DNA of 64,000 bases from Octopus vulgaris (Eukaryota). A model generated the notes under the pieces. That model made no database searches. It had not been told where the DNA came from and worked only from the letters and a program-made list of their open reading frames with translations. Positions within the stretch are counted from its first letter, which is position 1. The number at the start of each line of letters is the position of its first letter. The DNA lies in the NCBI GenBank assembly GCA_951406725.2, contig OX597819.1, positions 64,356,001-64,420,000 on the forward strand, read 5' to 3'. This document shows, piece after piece, positions 1-13,899 of the stretch. The position numbers and the translations under genes were made by a program.

Positions 1-374
1 CTTTGTAAGCCTAGTACTTATTCTATCGCTCACTTTTGCCGAACCGCAAAGTTACAGGAATGGAAACACACCAGCATCGGTTGTCAAGCGATGTTTGAGG
101 GGGGACAAGCAGACACACGCACACAAACACACACACACACACACACATACACACACACACACAGACACACACACACACATATATATATATATATTCATAT
201 ACATATATACGACGGGATTCGTTTCAGTTTCCGTCTATCAAATCCACTCACGAGTCTTTGATCGGCCCGAGGCTACAGTAGAAGACACTTGCCTGAGGTA
301 CCACGCAGTGGGATTGAAACCGGAAACATGTGGTTGGTAAGCAAGCAACTTACCACACAGCCATTCCTGCGCCT
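1..374 (-). mobile_element. SINE family A (tRNA head, CORE-like domain, internal (TG)n(TA)n, 3' domain), partial
   Basis: Minus strand has a pol III A box TGGCTGTGTGG and a B-box-like GGTTTCAATCCC; homologous to 30191-30700 and 47251-47715. Confidence 0.85.
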
Positions 375-1173
375 ATAAACATTAAAAAAGTATGGATCAC
401 TGTCTCAGCGAGGTTACGATATACAAATACATACAATGATGAAAATATGTTGCTAACATGGTAATATGTAACGTTTAGCACAGTTAAGTACACAACGTAT
501 TTTGAAGCTTGAGGTTGCAAATAGATGTACGAATATTACTGGTAAGTTCAGAGTTCTACGAAGATTATCTTATCCCAGCCTACTCGCAGTATTGCGTCTG
601 AATTATTTCTATAGTAAGTGGTATTAATATTTATGAAATGCAGAGCAGATACAGAAAAAAAAATTAAGAAAAACACAGGTTTTATTGATAGTTCCTACGT
701 CCGTTTTAACATTTTGGTTGCTTAGAACGCTGCATTGGACACTAATTCACTTTACATTAATGTAGTAAGGTATTCCCTGATGATCTACAATGATTAAGCA
801 CCCAAATGTCCTTGGGATACTCAAAACAGGTGTGAAAACAACGATAATGGTGAAATGTAGTAGAAACAACTTATATAGAATGGTGCTTATCTCTCCAATT
901 TATGTATACATGCATGTATGTATATATGTATGTATGTACGTACGTATATTTGTATGTATGTATGTCTGTATGTATGTATGCATGTATGTATGTATGTATG
1001 TATGTATGCATGTATGTGCGTATATTTGTATGTATGTATACCCCTATATATATATATCGTCACATATGTATAAGGATAATACTGTATACCTATCAATCTT
1101 TCATACACCTCTCTCATTCTCTATATAAGTGTATGTATGTGTGTATAGATACAAATATACCTACATATATGAA

Positions 1174-1212
<39 letters not shown>

Positions 1213-1246
1213 GTATATATATAACTATATATATTTATATCTATAG

Positions 1247-1302
<56 letters not shown>

Positions 1303-1955
1303 ACTGTGAATGTATTTAATTTACATATGTGCATAAATACATCCGCACATATGTTTTACTCGTTTAACAATTGTAATTCTACTAAAAAAGAAAATTAAAA
1401 ATTAAAAAAAATTACATTTCTTTTAAGAATGCGTTTACTCAATTTACATTACGTGAATAGCATTGTTTAGTCCAAAACACATTCTAAAACACTTTAAATT
1501 AGACAAACATTCAACACAATCGATCAGAACCCAACTGCCATGATTCTTTTTTTTTTTATTAATATTATTTTTCTTTAATGATTTGTATGTAATATATATT
1601 TTCTTTACTTTCTATCTGTAATTTCTTATTTTAGTTTTTTTCTACCTAATTTTATTTGGGTGGGTTCTTCAGATTTCCTACATTTTCAATGTACACATGT
1701 ACATATGGCTACTCTTCGAGTTACCATGTATTTTACTAATGAGGCATTTTACTCTTAAACGTTCATCGAAAACATTTTCAACTAGCAGCAAACTCTCGGT
1801 AAACTTTTTTTTGTCAACGTTTTAATTTTTGTCGTCGTGTTGTGTATAGTTTTCTTTTCATTCACGCACTTTACAATTCTCCCTTAGCCTATTATACTCT
1901 TCAATTTTTTCTTTCTCTCATTGTTATATATATATATACACATATATATGTATAC

Positions 1956-1991
<36 letters not shown>

Positions 1992-1992
1992 T

Positions 1993-2036
<44 letters not shown>

Positions 2037-2145
2037 TATACGTATATATATATATATACATATATATATATGTATATATAAATATATACATATATATATA
2101 TATACATATATATACATATATATATATATTAATGTATACGTATAC

Positions 2146-2194
<49 letters not shown>

Positions 2195-2384
2195 CCTACC
2201 TATCTTCCTACACATATACCTATACATACATACTCACACACATAGGCTATTCCTCAGTCACACCACTTCCTATACTTAAAAAATAAAATAGTGCATAATG
2301 CTTTTTACATTGAATTCACTAAGGATACGCAGAAAAGCACACACATCTACACACATCTACTTCTACTTGAAGATATATATATAT

Positions 2385-2500
<116 letters not shown>

Positions 2501-2769
2501 CATGTATGTATATATATTAGGGACGTGTTTATATGTGTGACTGAAAATGTATACGTGAATGAAGAAATGCATACAGCTTCGTTTGTTGCTATTCAAAAGT
2601 ATTTTGAAAACAGTAATTTACAACAAAGAGACAATATCGTGTTTCGAATACGAAGAAGAAATCAACAACGAAATGGAAATGTAAGAGTAGGAACAACAAT
2701 AACAGCAACAGCGACAATAATAATTCTTCACAATTGTAGGCACAAGACGTGGAATAGGTTTGTCGATTA

Positions 2770-2913
2770 GGTGAAGTCCAGTGCATGACTGGTACTCAAG
2801 TTAGCGACTCCGAAAGGATTAAAGGCAAAGTCGATCCCGCGGAATTTGAACTCAGGACATCTGGAAGGATGAAATGCCATTAAGCATTTTGCCGAGCGTG
2901 CTATCGATTCTGC
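2770..2913 (-). mobile_element. SINE family B, degenerate
   Basis: ccgaaaggattaaaggcaaagtcga..ggaatttgaactcag. Confidence 0.65.
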
Positions 2914-3269
2914 CACAACTACTACTACTGCTGCTGCTACTACTACTACTGCTGCTGCTGCTACTACTACTACTACTACTACTACAACTACTATTGTTAC
3001 TACCACTCCTACAAAACCACCACCACCACCACTGCTAGTACCAATAATAACAAAAATACTTGTTCCGAATTTTGTAACAATCAAGCGGTTTTAGTGCGAG
3101 TGGTTTTGCCTTGATCTTAGTTCTTGAGTTGCTCTTTACTTTAGCGGAGTAAAAATGCCAAAGGCCAACGTTGAATGCGGTGGGATTTAAACCCAGGACG
3201 TAATGAACAGGAAGTGATATCACAAACCATTTTCCCCGATCTACTCATGATTCTGCCAATCGAAGTTTC

Positions 3270-4482
3270 TTAAAAAACAGATATATAATAACTTTATTGA
3301 TAAAAAAATGCCATGAGGGTAAAAATAAACTTCCTTTTTTATAATGTTGTTCAATATATCCACTTTCAGCTACAACAACTGCTTCTATATGGCATCTAAA
3401 TCTTCTACATCCTGGAATCAAGGGATCCTGGTTCATTTTGGACATTACCCTGATTATGGGAGCTTTCAAAGAATCTTTGATATTATGGGCGTGTTCATTG
3501 ACCTCTCTCTCAACAACGCTCCACATTTAATAGGCTAATGGATTGAGATCTGAGGAATTAGGAGGCCAAATGTTAGGGGTTATGTTATCATGAAAATTTT
3601 CAGCCATCCATTCTTGTGTTACTAGAACGATATGCGATAGTGCAGATACTTATTGAAACCCATATATCCGTCCATTACATACAATCTATCCAGGCTTAAC
3701 AATTATTTCCAGGACTTCAATGTAGGCGGCAGAATTAACTCTAAGACCTTGTGGATCGAAGTAAGGAGGCATCACATGTCTTTCATTGCTGTCAACCCCT
3801 AAAACCATGACAGTTGCAGGAAATTGTGTATGCATAACACTTGGAACTTCAGAATGGCCTGCACATAACCATCTGTCATTTCTACGGTTAACTCTTTGAT
3901 TTGGTCGAAGCTTTTGTCGTTTGAGAAAAATCAAATCAGCTCTTATTCTGGATTTTTCAGTTTGTTTAAGAACCTTTTAGGTCTAATGTAGAGATTTTCT
4001 TTTGCTCTGTCTGACATATTATCATTTTCTCATCAGATAAGACTTATATCTGATGTCTTCGTGAAAAACATTTCTGACTGTTCCTTCGGACACATGGAGA
4101 GTTTTTGCAATTGAACTCATAGGCTTTCTGGGATTGTAATCAATAGTCTGTTGAACTTGGTAGTTGAATTCAGGTGCTCTGATGATTTGAGAGCGTTTAG
4201 AATGCTTTTTATGCTTTGATACTGGTGATACGTTTCCATCTCCAGTCTCTAGCTCCTTACAAACCTTGTAGACGAAAGATCTGCCAACTTTTAAAAATTG
4301 AGATATTTCTCAGTCGCTATGCTCAGACTTTATAACCACAATAATAGCATTCCTCTTCATTTCTTGAGTAAGCTGAGGGTCTGCCATTATTATTTTCTAC
4401 AACAAAGAGATTATACAGAGTTATCAAAAAATTGAGGCAATGACCCCTAAGATGTATGTCCTCAAATATCTTACGCACCCTG
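3270..4482 (-). mobile_element. decayed Tc1/mariner-superfamily transposon, DD37D (maT-like)
   Basis: Minus strand reads NRRNDRWL..TQFPATVMVLG..VMPPYF..GLRVNSAAY and WPPNSSDLNPL.Y. One TIR-like end (cagggtgcgtaagatatttgagga) lies next to TA at 4482. Confidence 0.8.
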
Positions 4483-4519
4483 TATATATATATATATATA
4501 TTTCTATGTCTGTGTTTGT

Positions 4520-4705
4520 CCACGATGATAGCTTGACAACCGATGTGTTTACATCCCCGTAACTTAGCGGCTCGGAAAAAGTGACCGATAAATTAAGTAT
4601 TAGGCTTACAAAGAATAAGTGCTGAGGTCGATTTGTTCGACTAAAGGCGGTGATCCAGCATGGCCGGAGTCAAATGACTGAAACAAGTAAAAAGTAAAAA
4701 GAAAT
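4520..4705 (+). mobile_element. SINE family A, 3' half
   Basis: ttgacaaccgatg..ccccgtaacttagcgg..aaatgactgaaacaagtaaaa. Confidence 0.75.
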
Positions 4706-5196
4706 AAAGGGATATGTAACAACAAACACCAAATGGGATGAATAGAGAAAAAAACCCTATAAATAATTGATAAAGCAAAGAAATGGTCAAACCAAAGCGA
4801 AGTAGAATAATGCATATAAAGCTTTTGATGAACTTCTCTGTCCACATTCTCCAAGTATTTTCTCGTAAATTTGTTAGTGAAGAGCATCAGTCGAATCCGA
4901 GTAGATGTATCGGTAACATACTCTCGCCTGTAACACCTTGCATTTCGCCACTCTCAGTCTCATCCTCTATCAATATACAGCACGTTAGTTATTTCTGTTC
5001 AAGTAATGCAAAGTATGAGCTTCGTTGAGGACATTTACATTTGCATCTCTACATCTTTCACTTTTCGCCTCTCAATCTTCCCTTGCTCCCCACAGCAATA
5101 TTCCAACATTGCTTTTCATCACTACATTACCAGATCATTACGAGAAGTTGCTTCACGTAGCATCTGGCCTGCTTTAATGTGGAAGAAGCAGAAGAA

Positions 5197-5610
5197 GGGG
5201 CGAGCTGGTAGAAACTTTAGCACGCCCGGTGAAATGCTTAGTGGTATTTCGTCTGCGGTTACGTTCTGAGTTCAAATTCCGCCGAGGACGACTTTGCCTT
5301 TCATCCTTTCGGGGTCGATTAAATAAGTACTAGTTACGCACTGGGGTCGATATAATCGACTTAATCCGTGTGTCTGTACTTGTTTGTCCTCTCTGTGTTT
5401 AGTCACCTGTGGGTAGTAAAGAAATAGGTATTTCGTCTGCCGTTACGTTCTGAGTTCAAGTTCCGCCGAGGTCGACTTTGCCTTTCATCCTTTCGGAGTC
5501 GATAAATTAAGTGCCAGTTACGCCCTGGGGTCTATATAATCGACTTAATCCGTTGGTCTGTCCTTGTTTATCCTCTTTATGTGTAACCCCTTGTGGATAG
5601 TAAATAAATA
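5197..5610 (+). mobile_element. SINE family B (tRNA-like head, conserved gtcgactttgcctttcatcctttcggggtcgataaa domain), dimeric
   Basis: Head ggcgagctggtagaa..gagttcaaattcc; body repeated twice. Confidence 0.85.
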
Positions 5611-6529
5611 ATACGCATCTCTTTATGAAGCTGAAGGATTTAATTTTCAAAAAAAGATATCTACTCACATAAAGATAAAAGTTTTAAACCTAAATAGATT
5701 AGACAAACACAAAAATGTATGTTTGTTCGATTTTTTCCTAAAGTTCTTTTGCTTCACGCTTCTCACGTATATAACTTAATCACTGAATATTCCGATCCAC
5801 GCTCTCTAAAAAGAATCTGAATACGAACAAATAGAGAAAACCCAAATAATATTTCAGAAACTGAACAAATGTTTAATATCTCTATGCTGCTCTTATATAT
5901 CAACATGCAATTTTAACATATCGAATGGAAACTCTGTCAACTTCCACAACAGTAGCGACACTGTCGCTGACAGTTAAATTTCGTCAAAGTACAGCATGTG
6001 TACCATTTCGCATAGCAATAGCACACACTTTAGAACTTTTAAAAATTACCGAAATTTCAACATGAATCTTATTGATGAAAAGCAAAAAAAAAAAAAAAAA
6101 AAATCAGGAAGGCATGTCTTCGTAAACAAAGTTTCTGTGCTGATATGTATTTACGTATAAAATCTGAGCCAAGAAAGAGTATATTTCTCTGTCTCCTACG
6201 ATACGGAAACTACGTTCAAATGTCTTCGAAAAAAGTAATTTGATTTGAATTGCGTTGAACATACAAAACCAAGGGAATAGAGTTGTTTCAGAAAGTGGAC
6301 AAAACGGCTTGATCTTTCATATCTGTAACATTTGTTCATAGAACAGCCGGATCACTAGAATAGGACGTGAGAAGAGGTAAATGTCGTCGCAAGAAATAAG
6401 TCCATATTTAGAAGCCCTCAAAAACGAACGGGACATATCAGAACTATACTAAATTGTGGGTGCTTTAACGGAAATCCTGAGATATCTGATATAGATAAAA
6501 AATATGCACGATACACTTAGTGTGTAATA

Positions 6530-6790
6530 ATGTGTAGGACAGTAGTTAGAGCAGTAGACTCGCGGTTTCGAATCTCAAGGCGGGCGATGTGTGTGTTTAT
6601 GAGCGAAACACTTAAGCTCCACGCGTCTCCGGTAGAAGGTAATGGCGAGCTTCTGCTGCCTCTTTCGCCACAACTTTCTCTCACTCTTTCCTCCTGCATC
6701 TTGCAGCTCACCTGCGACGGACCGGCGTCCCGTCCAGGTGGGGAACCTATACGCCAAGGAAACCGGCTCGGCTCGAGAAGGAACAAACAA
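6530..6790 (+). mobile_element. SINE family C (tRNA head, V-domain-like ctgcga(c/t)ggac(c/t)ggcgtcccgtccag)
   Basis: Homologous to 31259-31540, 37905-38206 and 49332-49545. Confidence 0.75.
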
Positions 6791-7633
6791 CAACAAATGA
6801 GTAGGCAGGCAATGAGTGCTCGTAGTTTGTAACGTATCAGGGGTCATTGATCCAGAGTTTTCTGAAGAACTTACTTTGAATACGGCCGCGAAATCAAATT
6901 AGCAGACGTAACAATTTTTGATCATAGACATTAGCATCTTCCTTTCATCGATTTTTCATTAGTTGGAGGGTATTTAGAGAACCATTAAGAGCAAATCCAC
7001 GCCGAAATATAACAAGTAGAAAGGAATAATGCCCTTCAAAAAATATGTGTACTCTTTACAAAGTTCAATGAAAAAGAATGCGGAGGCATCAATACCTAAA
7101 AAAAAAAAAAGAAAAGAAAAACAGCTTATGAATTTATTGCTGTTTAATACTTATGTGTGGAAGAATAACTTTCCATACCTTACCGTTTTTGAAACATACT
7201 TCATAGTTTGTTTTAGTTATTGTTCATTTTAAAATTATTATGTTTTTTTTTTTAAATTATCATGTTAAGTTATTGTTTTTTCTATAAAATTCTCATCCCT
7301 CTCCACGTTTTATAAAATAATGTTTACTAATCCCGAAAACTATTGCAAACCGCAATATGCTGAATGTACTTTATATCTTATTAGATATTTTGATCTCTTG
7401 TAGGTAATGAGAAAGTAGGTTCAGTACTGGAGGAAATGAATTGTGCTCTGTACTCTGGAATATTACATTCTAAAATCAAATTGCATGTTTGATTTTATCG
7501 TGTACAGACACACACACACAGACACGCACGTATATATATATATACATCTATCTATCTACATGTCTATGTACCTATGTATCTGTCTATCTCTCCCTACCTC
7601 TCTCTCTTTCTACACACACATATTTGTAAATAA

Positions 7634-7688
<55 letters not shown>

Positions 7689-7724
7689 CATATATATACA
7701 TATATGCATATATATACATATAAG

Positions 7725-7920
7725 TAATAAAATAGGGTAAATCTAATTAATTTGGAATAATCAATTAATTTCACCAAGTAGATTTCGGCATGTAAAAGCC
7801 TCGTTCGAGGAAAGTTTAAGTAATACTAAGTAATTAAGGGTTTAGCAACGATTTGCCTCACCACACACCGAATTTAGAAATAGCAGTCAAAGAGTTATAG
7901 CTATTCTTTCTACTTTTAAA
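7725..7920 (-). mobile_element. fragment related to the 3' part of the 563-bp unit
   Basis: agggtaaa..aatcaattaatttcaccaagt and tagaaatagcag are reverse complements of motifs in the array unit. Confidence 0.55.
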
Positions 7921-8124
7921 TATATATATATATATTCACTTACAAGCATAGACTGAGAAAGAAGAACGCACAAATATATAGTTGAGAGAGGATGGTTGAC
8001 TCATTTTAGAGACAGAAGCGTACGTATGTGTGCATTGGTGTGATAGAGTAATGCAATCGCAAGTTGATTTCAAAATATCAGCATAGCTTTTCTTTTTAGA
8101 ACAATTGGACGAATTATTTATTGA

Positions 8125-8193
<69 letters not shown>

Positions 8194-8194
8194 A

Positions 8195-10000
8195 GATCTC
8201 TTCCTCTTTCGTCTTCCTTTCGAGTGTAAAACACAACCATCGATAGGAACATGCTCAAAATAGGTAGTATAAATGTACCTGACTTGTGTTCCCCTTGGAA
8301 CCAAGGTTACCTGTTAAACGACGTCAAGTCATTAAATCTGCATATCATAGCCATCAGTGAGACAAGCCCCCACAGCCCGCATGCACTCCGGCACATGTTC
8401 GGCCAACATTTCGACATTTATTTTTCTCCGTGTCTGCCGAGAATGGGCGGAGGAGTCTGGACCTCAAATTAAGAGCAATTTTCCTAGACCCGTAGAGTAG
8501 GCTGGTCGTCTTGGATGTCGGTGGCAGCAATTGGTGTGCTTTTCGTCTAATAACAGTTTATGCAGTATCCTTAACAGGCCGGCCAGATTTCTTTCGACGT
8601 CTAGAGGTTTTCCTAAGAGTGTTTCGACCTTTACTTTTAGTAGGGGATTGGAACGCGAACCTGGACATGCATCTAGACTACCTGGGCAGAGATAGTAATA
8701 GGAGGGGATGCAAATATCTCAAAGACCTTCTCAGACGTCTCGAATGTGCCAATGTCGACATAGAGCAACCGAATCGGGTCGTCCAGATCGTACTTAGAGT
8801 ATTCTGTGGGACAGTAGACCACAAAATTGTGACTTGTACACTTGACTGAGGCAAAGTCCCGGTTACTGGAGGCTAAACGCGTCGTTCAAGGCACGACAGG
8901 CTTGCAGGGACGGGATTAGCACATTAGTTAAGAGAACTTTGATGGGTGCAATCATCAACAGCAGATGATGGTATGCCGTAAAGAAAGCAATTAACGCAGA
9001 ATCGATTAGATACAGTAAGTCCCTAGCATTAGACCGAAATAGAATAGAGGGAGACCTTTTTATGAAATGGGAAGAGGCGTTTTGAACTGTCATCGCGTCC
9101 AACTAACTGGCAGCGAGCTTGGCCCACGATCAACACCGGATTCGATGGGTGGCTGCGCGAGAGACAAGTCACCAGGCTTCGATGGTCTGCCCTAAGAACT
9201 TTATTGTCATATGCCAGACTTGTTTGGAGTCGGTTGGCAGCTGTCTATTGCAATTGGCGTCAAAACGGGAGGAAACCCGTCTTTGTAAAGCGAGTAGCAG
9301 TGGTACTGCTAAAGAAAGATCCACGGACGCGTGCAGTATTCAACCATCTCGGTCCTGTGGGATTATGCCGAACGGCTGCTGTCATGTATGGGACGAGTCC
9401 GTCTGTCGGCTGAGTCTATCGTGACAATTGCTCCGCCACCTTCCCTCAACTAGGAAGGCAACGTAGTCTTCATCCTACAGGTGGCCGTGGTGAAAGAATG
9501 TATGTGGTGAACTCGAGCGAAAGGTTTAGAGACAAACACTTACCTCTCTGGCCAATTGCTCATCAACTTTTTCAAGTACCACTTGAAAAGGAAGGTGCGA
9601 ATGGAGAGGCAGGTTTTGTCTCGTGAAAGTTTCACAAAAAAGATGGGTGAATGTTGCAAAGATGGTGCGTGCGAGTGACGAAATCACTCTGAGCATGATA
9701 CTATAAATTGAAGGGAGAGAGAGAGAGAAAGAGAGAGAGAGCACTTTGCTCTCATGCTTTTATTCCCTCCCTGACTGAGGCTACCGTGGTCTCTTCTGTA
9801 GGCTTTTCTTTCCACGGATAAATCTAATTTTAAACATTCTTCTGCAATACACGATCCCTTTTGATCGCCTTTTTTGTCTCCCGACCCCTTCTGATGGGAA
9901 TTTTCTTTTTTCCCTTTTTCTTTTTCATTTTTGAAAAGAAAAGCTCTACATTTGTATTTGTCCCCTCTATGTTCATGCCTGTGAGGTCAATAAAGAAAGT
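8195..10000 (+). mobile_element. decayed Tx1/L1-clade LINE (APE endonuclease plus deleted RT and 3' end)
   Basis: MLKIGSINV, IIAISET, FRLITVYA, LLVGDWNANLD, DHKIVTCTL and WRLNAS motifs; 3' RWVNVAKM-like segment; bounded by (TATC)n on both sides. Confidence 0.75.
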
Positions 10001-10016
10001 TATCTATCTATCTATT

Positions 10017-10095
<79 letters not shown>

Positions 10096-10118
10096 ATATA
10101 TATATATATATTTGTCTA

Positions 10119-10150
<32 letters not shown>

Positions 10151-10180
10151 ACTATCTATCTTTCGATATATCTACCTATG

Positions 10181-10215
<35 letters not shown>

Positions 10216-10892
10216 CTATATGTCTATGTGTCTGTCTGTCTATGTGTCTGTCTGTCTATCTATTTACGTATCTGCATATGCATATATACGTATATTTATA
10301 AATGTGTGTGTATGCATATATATATATATATATATATATTTAAATTCATATATCCATATATGTATACGTATATAGATATGCATAAACATATACATACTAA
10401 CTTATGCACGCTCACACACACATTCTCTCACACCATATTTGTACATAAATGTTTATGTGAATGGATGTGTAGTGTTATGTATATCCAAGTGCATATTAAT
10501 AAACAATAGATAGTAAATTTTTGGTAAGTTGTATTTATTTAAGTGTTCAAAATAATATTTTCAATACTACATTGTTTAAATGAGAGACTTGTTCATCTGA
10601 AAACTGTTCTTGAAGAACACTTGGTAACAATTTCCGTATATTGCTATTTACTGTTATACAAATAAACGTTGAATATGTTATTTCTCTTTGAAAAGAATAA
10701 TTATTAGTTCAATGCTTTTGCATTACTGGCGCAGAATGTATATTTGTCTCTGTGCAATTTGTTTTTCCCTTGAAGTAAATGTTATTACGATATTTATTTT
10801 GTGGATAAGTGACGAAGATATCTCTCCGTTGCCGGACAACAAATTCCATCTGACGTACGTTTGTTCGTTTTAAAAACATAACAGTCCTATTA

Positions 10893-11110
10893 AATATTCT
10901 TTTCTACTCTAGGCATAGGGCCTGAAATTTTTGAGGAGGAGACCAGTCGATTATTTCAACCTCAGTACGCAGCGGGTACTTAATTTATATACACCGAAAG
11001 AATGAAACGCAAAGTCGACCTTGGCGGAATTTTAACTCAGAATATAAAGATACGCGATACAGTGTTAAGCATTTCGCCCGGTGTGCTAACGATTCTGCCA
11101 GCTCGCCGCC
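10893..11110 (-). mobile_element. SINE family B
   Basis: Reverse complement of the family B head, body and alternative tail. Confidence 0.75.
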
Positions 11111-11374
11111 AAGGTAATACTGTTTATTGTCATACTAAATTCGTCATGTGTTTAGTTAGAACGTTTACTGTTATTACAAACGCGTATCTCACCAGAGAAC
11201 TTTCTATCTAATGTTTTTATTTCTGCAGAATTGTTAATATAGGCACATGCGTGGCTGTGTGATACGAATTTTGATTCCCACTGCGTGTCACCCTAAGTCT
11301 TTTTCTTTAACTTTACTCTCGGGGCTACGAAAGCTTTGTGAGAGGATAGCAGATTTCATATACGGTAACTGATA

Positions 11375-11617
11375 TATTTCTTTACTACCCACAAGGGGCT
11401 AAACACAGAGTGGACAAACAAGGACAGACAAACGGATTAAGTCGATTATATCGACCTCAATGCGCAACTGGTACTTAATTTATCGACCCCGAGAAGATGA
11501 AAGGCTAAGTCGACCTCGGCGGAATTTGAACCCAGGACGTAACGACAGACGAAATACGGCTACGCATTTCGCCCGGCTACGCATTTCGCCCGGCTAACGA
11601 TTCTACCAGCTCGCCAG
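11375..11617 (-). mobile_element. SINE family B
   Basis: Reverse complement of 5197-5430. Confidence 0.8.
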
Positions 11618-11640
11618 TCACACACACACACACACACATC

Positions 11641-12878
11641 ATGTTGATTAAAAAGTAAGCAACGTTTTGAAACATGAAATTCATCGCAATATATTTCAAC
11701 AATGCGGAAATTTTATTCATCAAAATATGTACAATTACAATCAACACATTTTTGTCACCGACTTAAAATTTCGTTTATTCTGATAACAAAAATTTGGGCT
11801 TCTGGAGTTGATGAACTCTTTGAACTTATTTTCAGCATAGGTTTGATGTTTGAACTCCTCTCGCAGGAAGCCATCAAGGTTTGCAGGAGAATGGCCTGGA
11901 AAATAAGCTAGGCGGGGAAGAATTTCATAGCCAAATTCCCTTAACTTTTGGAGCGTCATTAGTGAAGCGTGTGGTCGAGAATTGTCATGAAGAATGATTG
12001 GCTCTCTTCCGTTGCCCAGTCTGGGACGGAGAAGTAGCAGTTTTTCGTTCATTTTCGCAATTTCATGACAATATGTTTCTGCAGTAAAGTTTTTCCGGGT
12101 TTTAAGGTTATGGGTCGTCAAACAATCACCATACTCTTCTTTTTGAAGAGCTCGGGTTTAGGGAAGGCTTTTGCGTGCTTGATGTTGGTCCAAACACAGC
12201 AAAGAACATTATTTTTATTATTGTACAGAATCCACTTTTCATCGCAAGTTACAATACGGTCGAGAAATACATCGGTCTGGTTACAGAGAAGAAGCGACGA
12301 GCAAATTTCATATCTGCGCATTTTCTGATATTCATTCAAATCGTGTGGTACCAATTTGTCGAGCTTTTTTGATTTTCCCATCACATGCAAATGATTGCAG
12401 GCAGTTTTCTGGCTAACTTAAAATTCTTTTGCAAGTTCATGACTGGTTTTACGTGAATCTTTCTCAATGACGGTCTTTAACTGAACGTCATCGATGACAG
12501 ATGGGCTTCCACTTAGCTCACGAATTTCAAGGCTCAGATCTCCACTGCGAAATTCTTTAGACTATTTTCGAGCTAACAACTCATTGGTCATTTCCTCACC
12601 AAACGTTTTGTTGATATCGCGAATGGCTTCAACTGCTTTACGTCCTTTTTTGAAGTTGAATAGCAAAATTGCTCGAATACCGGGCTTTGTCAGTTCCATT
12701 TCAGATGATTGTAAGAACGGCAAAAAACAGCAATATCCATTTATCGATGCATTTCGGAATGCCTATGTCTCTATTATCAGACAATTACAAGCAATGTTCA
12801 AAACCATTTTAATCTCGGCCAAAAACTGAAACAAATTCTTCAGGGTTCAACAGTTTGCTTACTTTTTACTCAACCTTA
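11641..12878 (-). mobile_element. mariner (DD34D) transposon, near full length, transposase disrupted
   Basis: TIRs gttgattaaaaagtaagcaa and ttgcttactttttactcaac. Transposase starts at 12699 (MELTKPGIRAILLFNFKKG) and has VPHDL, DRIVTCDEKWILY and ILHDNSRPH motifs. Confidence 0.9.
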
Positions 12879-13613
12879 TATATATACATATAAGTGTGTG
12901 TGTGTACCCTCTTGCCATCCGGTGTTAGGTTGTTTTCCTCTCAAATAAGAGCAGCCCGGCAAAAGATATTGAGAGAATACGTACCAGGCTTTCAAAATAC
13001 ATACTGTGGTCCATTCATTCGACTAAATACTCTGCAAAGTAGCGCACCACCATGGCAACAGTCTGATGAATGTAACAATTAAGCAATAAATATTAAATGA
13101 TACCTAAATTCTGACAGAAAATCGCGTAAAATTCAGTAAAAATCATAACAGGTATTCTGAATTTTCCCCGCCTGTATGATAAGGTAGAATAAATATATCA
13201 TTCAAATCATTTTTCGTACGTCAGAATACATATATATATTTAAGAAACAAATCCCTCTTATAGCTATAAGTAACGGTTTATCACAAATAAACGGTTTCTG
13301 TAAATATGTTTAATGTATGTAACTATTCTTAAAATGATATTAACTGCTATACATACACAAGCGTGCAACAATAATATTTGTAAGTGGCTACCGAAAATCT
13401 TTGTTTTCATGTGTTGCATATAGATCAGGTGAAGTGTCATTTGCTTTTGGCAGTTTGTCATATGATAGAAGCATCTGTCATTCGCTCTCATTGTCTCTCT
13501 CTATTGCTTTCCATTAGCAATTACATGTTTGTACATATATGTATACGTGCATACGTATACATCGTCAGGAGTACTTATGTAAACTTATGCGTATATATAT
13601 ATATATACACACA

Positions 13614-13802
<189 letters not shown>

Positions 13803-13899
13803 CTTATGTATATGAAACAATATGATAGATAGTATTCAATTCTACGCATTGATATATGATACGCGCATACACGCGCACACGTAGATATACTTTTATATA

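Noticed and set aside
4780-5180. Possible RTE-like RT fragment on the minus strand
   Set aside because: The motifs are too decayed to support a call.
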